From assembly GCA_039802865.1 (NCBI GenBank), contig JBDRXL010000002.1, forward strand, positions 39,826-103,825: a stretch of DNA of 64,000 nt. Direction: 5' to 3'. The position numbers were made by a program, and so were the translations under genes. The notes beneath the pieces are model-generated. The model was not told where the DNA came from, did no database searches, and saw only the letters and a program-made list of their open reading frames with translations. Positions within the stretch are counted from its first letter, which is position 1; every line of letters starts with the position of its first letter. Origin of the DNA: a candidate division WOR-3 bacterium (GTDB taxonomy: Bacteria; Hydrothermota; Hydrothermia; LBFQ01; DSFT01). Below are positions 1-9,944 of this stretch, in pieces.

Positions 1-1
1 T

Positions 2-661
2 GGCTCCGCTCCAAAATATGCAGGGCTTAATAAGGCAAATCCTTCTGGATTGTTAAATGCTGCAATTATGATGTTAGTCCATATTGGTCAAGGTGATATT
101 GCTCAATTGATTGAAAATGCATGGTTAAAAACCCTTGAAGATAAAGTTGTAACATATGATATTGCAAGAATTTTAAAAGAAAATGGTATAACTGATTATA
201 AGGAAGTTGGAACAAGGGAATTTGCAGATGCAGTAATTGAAAGACTTGGGGAAGAACCTAAAATTCTAAAACCAAGTAAGTATCCACCTATAAAAATTAA
301 AATCCCAGAAATAAGAGATGTAAGAGATACAAAATTAACATTAAGAGGTGTTGATGTATTTTTGGATGAGAGAAAATTAAAACCTTCGGAAATTGGAAAA
401 CTTCTTGAAGAAGCCCAAACAGAAAAGTTGAAGCTTGTTATGATAAGCAACAGAGGCCAAAAAGTATATCCAACTGAAATCACAGAAACTTTATTAACAG
501 ACCATTGGCGTTGTAGATTTGAATCGGATAGTGAGATTACACATAAGGATATTAGGGAATTGCTTGAAAGGATTGAAGCGAAGGGATTGAATTGGATTAA
601 GTTAGAAAACTTATATTACATAGGAGATAAGAGGGCTTACAGCTTAGGACAGGGGCAGTAA
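2..661 (+). CDS. icd: Isocitrate dehydrogenase (NADP), 3' portion; gene starts upstream of window; carries an unusual ~135-aa C-terminal extension
   Basis: In-frame from nt 2 (GSAPKYAGLNKANPSG...); C-terminal ICDH signature ...VTYDIARIL...EFADAVIERL matches the E. coli/Bacillus ICDH C-terminus; the ORF continues ~135 aa past the usual end. Confidence 0.8.
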   Translation, partial: GSAPKYAGLNKANPSGLLNAAIMMLVHIGQGDIAQLIENAWLKTLEDKVVTYDIARILKENGITDYKEVGTREFADAVIERLGEEPKILKPSKYPPIKIKIPEIRDVRDTKLTLRGVDVFLDERKLKPSEIGKLLEEAQTEKLKLVMISNRGQKVYPTEITETLLTDHWRCRFESDSEITHKDIRELLERIEAKGLNWIKLENLYYIGDKRAYSLGQGQ

Positions 662-846
662 TATTAAGTTTTATTTTCGTCAGGTCTTTCTTGAACAAAC
701 CTAAGCATCTCGTAAAGTATGGATTTTAACGGAAAAATATATTCTTTATAGTTCCTACTTATAGTCAGGAATCCTATCTTTTAAAAACCCCAGCTTAAAG
801 GCTCCTTCAAATACAAAACCCAATAAACTATGAAACTCTCTTATCT

Positions 847-1993
<1,147 letters not shown>

Positions 1994-2030
1994 AGTTTTG
2001 AAATTTTAAAGGATATAGTAATTAAAGCTT

Positions 2031-2699
2031 TCATCTTGTTAACTTTTTGAAAGTTTCAAGTAATTTTTCAATTGTTTTAACCTTGTTACTCTCTTCAAGC
2101 CTTTTATTAGTAATTACAAATGTACCATCGGTATCAACCTCGGCAATAGCCCTTCCTTTTTTTGCCGGCTTTTTTAAAGTCAGATCTCCATCCTCGTCTA
2201 AGGTTACAAAGAAAACTCTTATATTAGCAGTAGTAGGGCTAGCTTTAAGCTTAACATTCCAATAGCCCGTTTGTGCAATTCTTTCTCTTAAAGTTGCTTT
2301 TGAAGATATAATAGCAATTGGTTTACACTTTTTAGGCTCATAAACAACCAAATCGGCATCTGGCAAATGCATTCCGAACTCACCAAAATCTACTACACCA
2401 AGTTTGTTATCCGCTTTTTCTAATTTTGATCCCTTTATTACCTCAAACCCTATTTTTCTTAACTCTTCCACTATATAATCCAGGATAACGTCTTCTAACA
2501 ATTTTCCTTTAAAAGGCTTCCAAGATTGTTCTGGGTCCTTTATTCCAAATTTTACTATTTCCTTTACATATCTTTGTCTTATTTCTTTAAGTATTTTTGA
2601 AAGATTTTTCATACCTTCTTTTTTTAGCCTTTCTTTTACGTATTGTTTCAGCTTTTTTATATACTTACTTCTCTTATCTTTCATAGCTTCTCCATTCAA
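2031..2699 (-). CDS. Putative type II restriction endonuclease (PD-(D/E)xK)
   Basis: ...VDFGEFGMHLPDADLVVYEPKK... contains a D-x(n)-E-x-K nuclease core; start overlaps the stop of the upstream DNA methyltransferase (translational coupling); no other recognisable family. Confidence 0.5.
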   Translation of the reverse strand: MNGEAMKDKRSKYIKKLKQYVKERLKKEGMKNLSKILKEIRQRYVKEIVKFGIKDPEQSWKPFKGKLLEDVILDYIVEELRKIGFEVIKGSKLEKADNKLGVVDFGEFGMHLPDADLVVYEPKKCKPIAIISSKATLRERIAQTGYWNVKLKASPTTANIRVFFVTLDEDGDLTLKKPAKKGRAIAEVDTDGTFVITNKRLEESNKVKTIEKLLETFKKLTR

Positions 2700-3813
2700 T
2701 TTTCAAATTACCAAAATTCTGTTTTTTATGTTCTTTTTTTACAATTATCAGATATTTAAATCCTCTAAGATAGAAGTTGTGTTGAATAGCTTTACTGTGC
2801 CAGAAAGGTGTATTTGAAGATTGATTGCGCCTTACAACGCAGATTATATCAACCGGTTGAAAATATTTCGTAAGTCTTTCATAAACTTTAAAACCCACAG
2901 GTATAAAAGTTTTTTTTGCCCACTGATCACCTATAAGCCAGGCTAAAACCTTGCCGTATTTCAAAATCCTATAACATTCTTGCATAACCTTTTCAAGTTC
3001 ATCATAAAATTTTTCATCACTTGCAGGGATATTACCTATATTAAGTGGATGCTCATTATACTTTATATTATCTCCATAAGGAGAGTCTATAAAAATCATA
3101 TCAACAGAATTATCTTTAAGAGGTAATTTCCTTGCATCTGCTTGAATAATATCTGGTCTGGTTGGGACTATATCAAATGCTATTACTCTTCTCCTTTCTT
3201 CCTTACAAACATCAATTGTAGTCCCTGAACCAGCCATAGGATCGCATACTAAATCATTAGGTTCTGTATATCTGTGAATTAAATTATATATTATGAAGGC
3301 TGGGGTCACACCTGGATATTTATTGTTACCTTTTGGTTTATCTCCGTAACTCTGTGTTGGAAAATCCCAGAGTGTAGTTGAAAAAATTGGAGGTCTAAAA
3401 TTTTTTTCAACAAGACCACTTATATTCTTACTTAATGTCAAATTCTTATTTTCCAAAATTTTAGAAAGTACTTCTACCCCCCTCTCAGATAATATATCTC
3501 TCCAAGAAATTTTTAATTTTCTAAAAACAATACTTGCATTATTTAACTTCTTTATTTCTGTTTTTGGTTGCACTTTTACAAAATAAGGATATCTTCCATT
3601 AAAAAGTGGAATTGAGTTATCATATTGTCCATCAGTCGTAGATATGAATGTTCCATAAAGTATGTCTGTATCTATATTATATAAGAAGACGAAGTCATCT
3701 TTTCTTATTGCAAGCACCTTATAACCATAAACTTTATTTGTCGCAAAAATTAAATTATCAAGCATTTCTTTTTCACTTTTTTTAGTGCAAGCGAATATAA
3801 AACCTCTCCTCAT
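2674..3813 (-). CDS. DNA (amino) methyltransferase with N-terminal DCD/YTH-like PUA-fold domain
   Basis: Motif I region YPGVTPAFIIYNLIHRYTEPNDLVCDPMAGSGTTIDVC resembles the C-terminal block of N6_N4 methylases; motif IV FIDSPYGDNIKY lies 43 aa downstream. N-terminal ~130 aa (GFIFAC...VFLYNIDTDILYGTFISTTDGQYDNSIP...YPYFVKVQ) matches the DCD/YTH PUA-like pattern. Confidence 0.65.
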   Translation of the reverse strand: MRRGFIFACTKKSEKEMLDNLIFATNKVYGYKVLAIRKDDFVFLYNIDTDILYGTFISTTDGQYDNSIPLFNGRYPYFVKVQPKTEIKKLNNASIVFRKLKISWRDILSERGVEVLSKILENKNLTLSKNISGLVEKNFRPPIFSTTLWDFPTQSYGDKPKGNNKYPGVTPAFIIYNLIHRYTEPNDLVCDPMAGSGTTIDVCKEERRRVIAFDIVPTRPDIIQADARKLPLKDNSVDMIFIDSPYGDNIKYNEHPLNIGNIPASDEKFYDELEKVMQECYRILKYGKVLAWLIGDQWAKKTFIPVGFKVYERLTKYFQPVDIICVVRRNQSSNTPFWHSKAIQHNFYLRGFKYLIIVKKEHKKQNFGNLKIEWRSYER

Positions 3814-4952
3814 ATTTTTGAAAACCTCTCAATTAACTCATAATAATAATTTTCAATCTCTTTACTAACCGCTTCCCAACTATATTTTTTAATAACAATA
3901 TCATAAGCATTTTCAACTAATCTATTTGCTAAATTTTTATTTCTTAAAAGCATTATAATTTTACTTGCTAAATCCTTATAGTTTTCATTTTCAAATAGAA
4001 TTCCATTTACCTCATTTTGAATAACTTGTTTATAACCTTCTATATTTGATGCAATAACAGGAATTTTTGAAGCCATTGCTTCAAGCAAAACAATACCAAA
4101 ACTTTCTTTTTCAGTAGCAGGTGATACAAAAATATCACAACTTACATAATACTTTGGAAGCTCATTATATCCAACTTTACCCACAAAAATAACTTTATCT
4201 TCTATATTTTTATTTAAATACTGCTCATATAAAAGCTTAAATGGACCATCTCCTACAACTATTAATTTAACATCTGAAATAAACTTTACAACCTCATTTA
4301 AAGCCAATAATAAATACTTTAATCCTTTTCTTGGCTCAATTCTTCCAACAAATAGAATTTTCTTTGAATTATCTTCCAAAAGCCAAGGAATTTTTTCATT
4401 ATCAGGTTTAAAGCGATTGACATCTACACCATTTGGAATAATTCTATATTCTCCATCAAAATACTTAATAATACTCCTTTTGGCAACTTCTGAAACCGCA
4501 ATTTTACCGTGAAGCTTTTTAAAATAATTCTCTAAATATCCCTTAAAAATTTTATAAAGTAGCATTTCATCATGTGCTGCATGAAATGTAGCAACATTAA
4601 TAGATTTAGAATACTTTAAGGACAAAATTGGAAGAACTGGTGCTATTGGTCCGTGAATATGAATAATATCATAATTATTTTTTTGAATAATATCTTTTAC
4701 AAGTTTGTTTAATTTTGCTGAAATAGTAATCGGTGCCATTGATTTATTCATAGGAATTTTAAAAGCTCTTCCTACCCTTATAACATAATCTGGATCCTTA
4801 TAATCAATACCAGAACTAAAATTTGCTGTTAAGATATAAGTTAAATGTCCCCTCTTTCTTAAATACTTTGCTAAACTATCTATATGCTCACTAATTCCAC
4901 CTGGATGTGGATAAAACACATCTGAAACAAATAAAATTTTTAAATTTTTCAT
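3810..4952 (-). CDS. Glycosyltransferase family 4
   Basis: GT4 fold signature (N-terminal HPGGISEH, C-terminal E...FGIVLLEAMA motif). Confidence 0.8.
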   Translation of the reverse strand: MKNLKILFVSDVFYPHPGGISEHIDSLAKYLRKRGHLTYILTANFSSGIDYKDPDYVIRVGRAFKIPMNKSMAPITISAKLNKLVKDIIQKNNYDIIHIHGPIAPVLPILSLKYSKSINVATFHAAHDEMLLYKIFKGYLENYFKKLHGKIAVSEVAKRSIIKYFDGEYRIIPNGVDVNRFKPDNEKIPWLLEDNSKKILFVGRIEPRKGLKYLLLALNEVVKFISDVKLIVVGDGPFKLLYEQYLNKNIEDKVIFVGKVGYNELPKYYVSCDIFVSPATEKESFGIVLLEAMASKIPVIASNIEGYKQVIQNEVNGILFENENYKDLASKIIMLLRNKNLANRLVENAYDIVIKKYSWEAVSKEIENYYYELIERFSKI

Positions 4953-5785
4953 TTTCCTCTACTTGCTAAAATAAATCCAACAATTCCAATTATAATAGCA
5001 ATGATTGAAAATATATGAGCTATTCTAATGCCCAAAAATGTATCTGTATCAAATCTTTGAAATTCAATAAAAAATCTAATAATTCCATAATTTAAAATAT
5101 ATAGTGAAAGAATTTGACCATCATTTTTATAAAATTTATCCCTAAAATAAAGCAAAAACACAAAATTAATATAATTTAATATGCTTTCATACCAAAATGT
5201 AGGATGGAAATATTCATAATTTTCAAAACCTTTAATGCGATTTTCATAAGGTATATAAATTGCCCAAGGAACATCACTTGGAGGACCATATGCTTCTTTA
5301 TTAAAGAAATTTCCCCATCTACCAATTGCTTGACCAAGTGCTAAATAAGGAATAATAATATCAGCAAGTTTTAAAAAATTCCACTTTTTAATTTTTGCAA
5401 TAATATAACCTGAAATTAATCCCCCTATTATTCCACCATAAATAGCAAGACCACCATGCCAAACTGCAATAATCTCAAATGGATTTTTTGAATAATAATC
5501 CCAATTTGGAATTACATGATAGATTCTTGCCCCAAGAATAGCAAATATAATTACCCAAAATGCAGCATCTTCAAACTCCTTATAATTTACATTTATATTA
5601 AATTTCTTAAAGTCATATCTCAAAAAGTATAGAGCTAAAACAATAGCTATTACATACATTAAACCATAATAGCGAATTTGAAGTGAGCCAATAGTAAAAA
5701 TAACGGGATTAATATTTAAATCCTTTAATGTAAAGTATAAAACAAATTCTAAAACAAGTCCAAAAATTAAAATTAAGAGGAACAT
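4949..5785 (-). CDS. lgt: Prolipoprotein diacylglyceryl transferase
   Basis: Multi-TM protein with Lgt signature ...HPTFWYESILN... and GRWGNFFN motif. Confidence 0.85.
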   Translation of the reverse strand: MFLLILIFGLVLEFVLYFTLKDLNINPVIFTIGSLQIRYYGLMYVIAIVLALYFLRYDFKKFNINVNYKEFEDAAFWVIIFAILGARIYHVIPNWDYYSKNPFEIIAVWHGGLAIYGGIIGGLISGYIIAKIKKWNFLKLADIIIPYLALGQAIGRWGNFFNKEAYGPPSDVPWAIYIPYENRIKGFENYEYFHPTFWYESILNYINFVFLLYFRDKFYKNDGQILSLYILNYGIIRFFIEFQRFDTDTFLGIRIAHIFSIIAIIIGIVGFILASRGK

Positions 5786-5827
5786 CTCTAAAATTTTAAG
5801 GCTTAATCAACTTTAAAATTTTATTAT
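5786..5827. promoter_or_regulatory. Divergent promoter region: two back-to-back copies of the TTTAAAATTT element, each 7-8 nt from an ATG (lgt operon on - ; pgeF on +)
   Basis: + strand CTTTAAAATTTTATTAT-ATG(5828); - strand CCTTAAAATTTTAGAG-ATG(5785). Confidence 0.5.
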
Positions 5828-6457
5828 ATGTGGATTTTCAAAGATGGATATTATAAAATAGAGATAGAAAATGTTGAAATAAAAGTTTCTACAAAGTTAA
5901 TTGATGAAAATTTAATAACTTATGACACTTGGTTAAATCAAACGCATTCAGATAAAATTTACATAATTGAGAATATTGAAAATATACCAAAGGGAAATTT
6001 AGATGGTGATGGAATTATACTAAAAGTGAAAAATTTAAAAGCAAGAGTAAAAACTGCTGATTGTTATCCAGTTATTATTTTAGATATAAAAAATCAAATA
6101 GGAGGTATATTTCATATTGGTTGGAGAGGTTCATATTTAAGAATTTTGGAAAAAGCTATTAAGATATTTTTAAATAAATTTAATTCAAAAAACCTAATTG
6201 TGATATTTGGACCTGGCATTTGCTCAAATTGTTATGAAGTAAAAGAAAATTTATTTAGCTATTTTCCAAGAGAATACTTTAAATATAAGAATGGAAAGTT
6301 ATTTTTAGACTTATTAACATATAATTTAGACATTTTAAAAAGCTATGGTATAAATGATATTATTTTGCCTTTTAGTTGCACTTATGAAAATCCCATTTTA
6401 TATTCTTATAGAAGAGGAGAAAGTAGTAGAATTTATACAATTTTAGAGATTAAATAA
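5828..6457 (+). CDS. pgeF: Peptidoglycan editing factor PgeF / YfiH (DUF152, laccase-like)
   Basis: ADCYPVIILD ... HIGWRGS ... GPGICSNCYEV motifs typical of the YfiH family. Confidence 0.8.
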   Translation: MWIFKDGYYKIEIENVEIKVSTKLIDENLITYDTWLNQTHSDKIYIIENIENIPKGNLDGDGIILKVKNLKARVKTADCYPVIILDIKNQIGGIFHIGWRGSYLRILEKAIKIFLNKFNSKNLIVIFGPGICSNCYEVKENLFSYFPREYFKYKNGKLFLDLLTYNLDILKSYGINDIILPFSCTYENPILYSYRRGESSRIYTILEIK

Positions 6458-6510
6458 GGTTAAACTTGACATTTTCAGGGGTATGCTTTAAAATTTTAGA
6501 CCTTTTTGAC

Positions 6511-6583
6511 GGGCCCGTAGCTCAAGTGGCAGAGCAGCGGACTCATAATCCGTGGGTTGTAGGTTCGAGTCCTACCGGGCCCA
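6511..6583 (+). tRNA. tRNA-Met (anticodon CAU; could alternatively be a lysidine-modified tRNA-Ile2)
   Basis: Cloverleaf read by eye: acceptor GGGCCCG/CGGGCCC, D-arm GCTC...GAGC, anticodon loop CUCAUAA, T-arm GTAGGTTCGAGTCCTAC, discriminator A; no encoded CCA; TTTAAAATTT element 9 nt upstream. Confidence 0.85.
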
Positions 6584-6602
6584 TATGCTTTGGTTAATAA
6601 GT

Positions 6603-6842
6603 ATGATGATCGTTGATAAGAATATCGCTAAAATTGCAGATGGTTATTATACTTTGACAATTAAGGGTAAAGCAGATGGTGTATATGTTGCTAATGTTTT
6701 AAGAGGAAAGGCAAGTGGTAATAGCTGTGAAATCCCTCTTATGAACTTGAAATTTGATGTAGAAGGAACAGTTCAAGAATGTATATACAAACCTACAAAT
6801 AATTTAAACGAGTTTAAAGTAGTTATAAAGTATAGAAAGTAA
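6603..6842 (+). CDS. Hypothetical small protein (~79 aa; alternative start 6585)
   Basis: ORF-track start (6552, GTG) lies inside the tRNA and is rejected; first plausible in-frame ATGs are 6585 and 6603; no recognisable domain. Confidence 0.35.
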   Translation: MMIVDKNIAKIADGYYTLTIKGKADGVYVANVLRGKASGNSCEIPLMNLKFDVEGTVQECIYKPTNNLNEFKVVIKYRK

Positions 6843-6843
6843 A

Positions 6844-7944
6844 TTGCTTACCGCTGTTGAGATTGAAGCAAAAGCAAAAGAGTTAAAAAAGAGAGGATAT
6901 CCTGTAATTTCCTTAGCTATTGGTGAGCCAGATTTTGAGGTACATCAGAATATAAAGGAAGCTATAAATAGAGCAATTCTTGAAAATAAAACATATTATC
7001 CAGATCCAAAAGGTTTAATAGAATTAAGAGAAGCAATTGCAGAATATGAAACAAATAGAAAAGGTATAGATATTAGTCCTGATGAAGTATTAGTAACCGC
7101 TGGTGGAAAGCCCATTATATTTTATACTATATTTTATTTTTGTAAGCAAGATGATGAAATAATTTTATTTGAGCCTTATTATTTAGTTTATCCTTATTGG
7201 TGTAAAGCGTTAAATATAAAGTATAAGGTTATAAAATTAAATGAAGATGGAACAATTCCAAGAGATGAATTATTTAAGGTATTAAGTCCAAAAACTAGGC
7301 TTTTAATAATAAACTATCCTAATAATCCACAAGGTAGTTTAATGAATAAAGAAAATTTAGATTTATTATTGGAGGTTCTTGAAAAATTTCCAAGAATTTA
7401 CATACTTTCAGATGAAGTTTATTCAGAGCTTGTATATGAAGATAAACATATCTCTATATTTACATATAATAAAAATAGAGTGATATTGCTTGAAAGCTTT
7501 TCTAAAACATTTTGTATGACTGGTTTAAGGCTTGGATATGGGATATTTCCAAGAGAATTTGTTAAGGATTTAACTACAATGAATTCAAATTTTATAACAG
7601 GACCTTCAACACCTATTCAATATGGAGGAATTACCGCTTTAAGAGATAATGAAGTAAAAAAATATGTTCAATACATGAGAGAAGAATTTAAGAAGAGAAG
7701 GGATTTCTTATATGATGAGTTAAAAGAAAAGATTTCATTTAAGCCAAAGGGTGCATTTTATTATTTTGTAAAAGTTCCTTATGATGGGTTAGAATTTTGT
7801 AATAGAGCGTTAAATGAAAAGTATTTAGCAATAACACCAGGTATATTATTTGGAGAAAGCTTTAAAAATTATGTAAGAATATCATTTGCTAATTCTATGG
7901 AAAATTTAAAAGAAGGAATTAGAAGATTTAAAAGTCTTTTATGA
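6844..7944 (+). CDS. Class I/II pyridoxal-phosphate aminotransferase (aspartate/aromatic type), TTG start
   Basis: LAIGEPDF, NYPNNPQG, SFSKTFCMTGLRLGY (PLP-Lys) motifs. Confidence 0.8.
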   Translation: MLTAVEIEAKAKELKKRGYPVISLAIGEPDFEVHQNIKEAINRAILENKTYYPDPKGLIELREAIAEYETNRKGIDISPDEVLVTAGGKPIIFYTIFYFCKQDDEIILFEPYYLVYPYWCKALNIKYKVIKLNEDGTIPRDELFKVLSPKTRLLIINYPNNPQGSLMNKENLDLLLEVLEKFPRIYILSDEVYSELVYEDKHISIFTYNKNRVILLESFSKTFCMTGLRLGYGIFPREFVKDLTTMNSNFITGPSTPIQYGGITALRDNEVKKYVQYMREEFKKRRDFLYDELKEKISFKPKGAFYYFVKVPYDGLEFCNRALNEKYLAITPGILFGESFKNYVRISFANSMENLKEGIRRFKSLL

Positions 7945-8498
7945 AGTTAATTGCAATTACGGGAAATGCTGGAAGTGGTAAAACAACAATTTCTAACATT
8001 TTAAGAGAAAAAGGATATTTTGTAATAGATGCAGATAAAGTTGTTCATAAATTACTAGAAAGTCAAGAAATAAAAAATTTTATAAAGCAAACATTTGGTG
8101 AAGAATTCCTTGACAGAAAAAAATTGTCAGATTATTTATTTAAAAATCCTGAAAAAATGGATATATATGAAAGTTTTATTAGACAAAAAGTTATAAAAGC
8201 AATAAATGAAGAAATTCTTAAATCAAATAGTGAAATTATTTTTATAGATGCTGCCCTTGTATTTGAATATGGGCTTGAATATATGTTTGATAAAATTATA
8301 TGTGTTATTGCTGATGAAAAAAAATTAATTGAAAGACTGAAAAATAAAGGATATAGTGAAGATACTGCAAGAATGATATTATTAAGACAAATGCCCCAAA
8401 ATGAAAAAGCAAAAAGAAGTCATATTATAATTGAAAATAACGGAACAATTGAAGAATTAAAGGAAAAAGTTTTAAAACTTTTGCTCAATCTCATCTAG
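7941..8498 (+). CDS. coaE: Dephospho-CoA kinase
   Basis: MKLIAITGNAGSGKTT P-loop, typical CoaE length and layout. Confidence 0.85.
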   Translation: MKLIAITGNAGSGKTTISNILREKGYFVIDADKVVHKLLESQEIKNFIKQTFGEEFLDRKKLSDYLFKNPEKMDIYESFIRQKVIKAINEEILKSNSEIIFIDAALVFEYGLEYMFDKIICVIADEKKLIERLKNKGYSEDTARMILLRQMPQNEKAKRSHIIIENNGTIEELKEKVLKLLLNLI

Positions 8499-9917
8499 AT
8501 CAATCTCATAAATAATTCTTCTATTTAAATCATCAACATTAGGATTTTTAAGTGAAAATAGCCTTAAGATAATTTCTTCATCTGTTAAATTTGAATACTT
8601 AATAGCATTTTCAACAATTGCATTAATAAAATTTTCCAGTTTTAAAAAATGCTCCCTTCTTAGAAAAATACTAATTATTTGCTCTAAATCTTCATAACTA
8701 ATATTCTCAATAATATCAGGAATACCATCTATTAAAATTTCTTTCTCTTTTAAATTTACACTAAATCCATATAATTTTAAAATTTTTATATTTTCATCAG
8801 AAATTTGGAATTTGAAAACATAGGGAAATGCAAGCATTTGAGTTTTATATTGCTTATTTAATAACTTTTGAATATAAATTTTCCTAAGAGCTCTTTCTCT
8901 ATGAATAATAAGTAATTTGTTTTTTGAGATAGTGGTTATAAATTTAGGTTGGGGTTTTTGCTCAATTTTTGAAATTTGAACAATTTTAGGCTTTATTTTA
9001 ACTTGAACATTATCCTTTAAGAAATTTTTAATTTCATCATAGATATTTAAATTTTTTGAGAATTTAACTTCTAACTTCTTAGGATGCACATTTATATCAA
9101 TATCTTTTGGATTTACTTCAATAAAAACGATATAATTTTTTATGTTAGACTTGCTTAATATCTGACTAATTTTGCTATCGAAAACTGGTCTTTTATTTAC
9201 AAAAATTCTATTTTCATCTATTTTATCAAATATGTAAAATTCTACTGAAAAATCCGATGTTCTTAAAATTTTCTTTTGAAAATCTCCAAATATATTTTTT
9301 ATTCTCTCTTCCCTTGAAGAAGCCTTTTCAAAAATTAACTTCTTATTTGAAATTTCAACCTTAAATGTTATATTTTCAAATGCCAATACATAATTTAAAA
9401 TTGTTCTTTTAATTTTTTTAACTTCACTTCTTGAACTTAAAATAAAATTTCTCCTTATAGGGACATTAAAAAATATCTCTTTTACCAAAACTATTGTTCC
9501 CTTTTGGCAATGACAATTTCTAAAATCTACTAATTTTCCTGCTTCAAATATAGCTTCATATCCTTCTATTCCATCAATACTACTTCTTATTATTAACTTT
9601 GAAACACTTGAAATAGAATATAATGCTTCTCCTCTAAATCCAAATGTTTTCAAATTATAAATATCTTCAAATGAAAACAATTTACTTGTATAATGCTTTT
9701 TTGCTACATTAACAAGGTCTTCCTTTGAAATACCTTCACCATTATCTTTAACTTTTATAAAATTTAATCCTTTACCTCTTACTTGAATAACAATTTCATT
9801 AGCATTAGCATCAATAGAATTTTCTATCAATTCCTTTATAACATCACTTGGACTATTTATAACTTCGCCAGCAGAAATTTTACTTATTACATTATCTGAT
9901 AATTTTTTAATTTTCAT
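8472..9917 (-). CDS. mutL: DNA mismatch repair protein MutL
   Basis: GHKL ATPase N-terminus (ISAGEVI...ELIENSIDANA...DNGEGI); most likely start is the ATG at 9917 (MKIKKLSDN...), not the upstream GTG. Confidence 0.85.
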   Translation of the reverse strand: MKIKKLSDNVISKISAGEVINSPSDVIKELIENSIDANANEIVIQVRGKGLNFIKVKDNGEGISKEDLVNVAKKHYTSKLFSFEDIYNLKTFGFRGEALYSISSVSKLIIRSSIDGIEGYEAIFEAGKLVDFRNCHCQKGTIVLVKEIFFNVPIRRNFILSSRSEVKKIKRTILNYVLAFENITFKVEISNKKLIFEKASSREERIKNIFGDFQKKILRTSDFSVEFYIFDKIDENRIFVNKRPVFDSKISQILSKSNIKNYIVFIEVNPKDIDINVHPKKLEVKFSKNLNIYDEIKNFLKDNVQVKIKPKIVQISKIEQKPQPKFITTISKNKLLIIHRERALRKIYIQKLLNKQYKTQMLAFPYVFKFQISDENIKILKLYGFSVNLKEKEILIDGIPDIIENISYEDLEQIISIFLRREHFLKLENFINAIVENAIKYSNLTDEEIILRLFSLKNPNVDDLNRRIIYEIDLDEIEQKF

Positions 9918-9944
9918 AAGACGCCCCACCAGAAGGTGGGGATA

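Noticed and set aside
196-483. Short antisense ORFs in the track (e.g. 196..483-, 2047..2265+, 12676..12900-, 36459..36710+, 43192..43557+, 54872..55057+)
   Set aside because: All lie inside well-supported genes on the opposite strand and have low-complexity translations.
662-846. Possible ncRNA or terminator in the 185-bp icd-gap convergent spacer
   Set aside because: Only weak 3-4 bp inverted repeats found by eye, with no convincing stem-loop or conserved RNA motif. Left uncalled.
6552-6602. GTG start of ORF 6552..6842 inside tRNA-Met
   Set aside because: It would place the coding start within the tRNA body (6511..6583). In-frame ATGs at 6585 and 6603 are more plausible.
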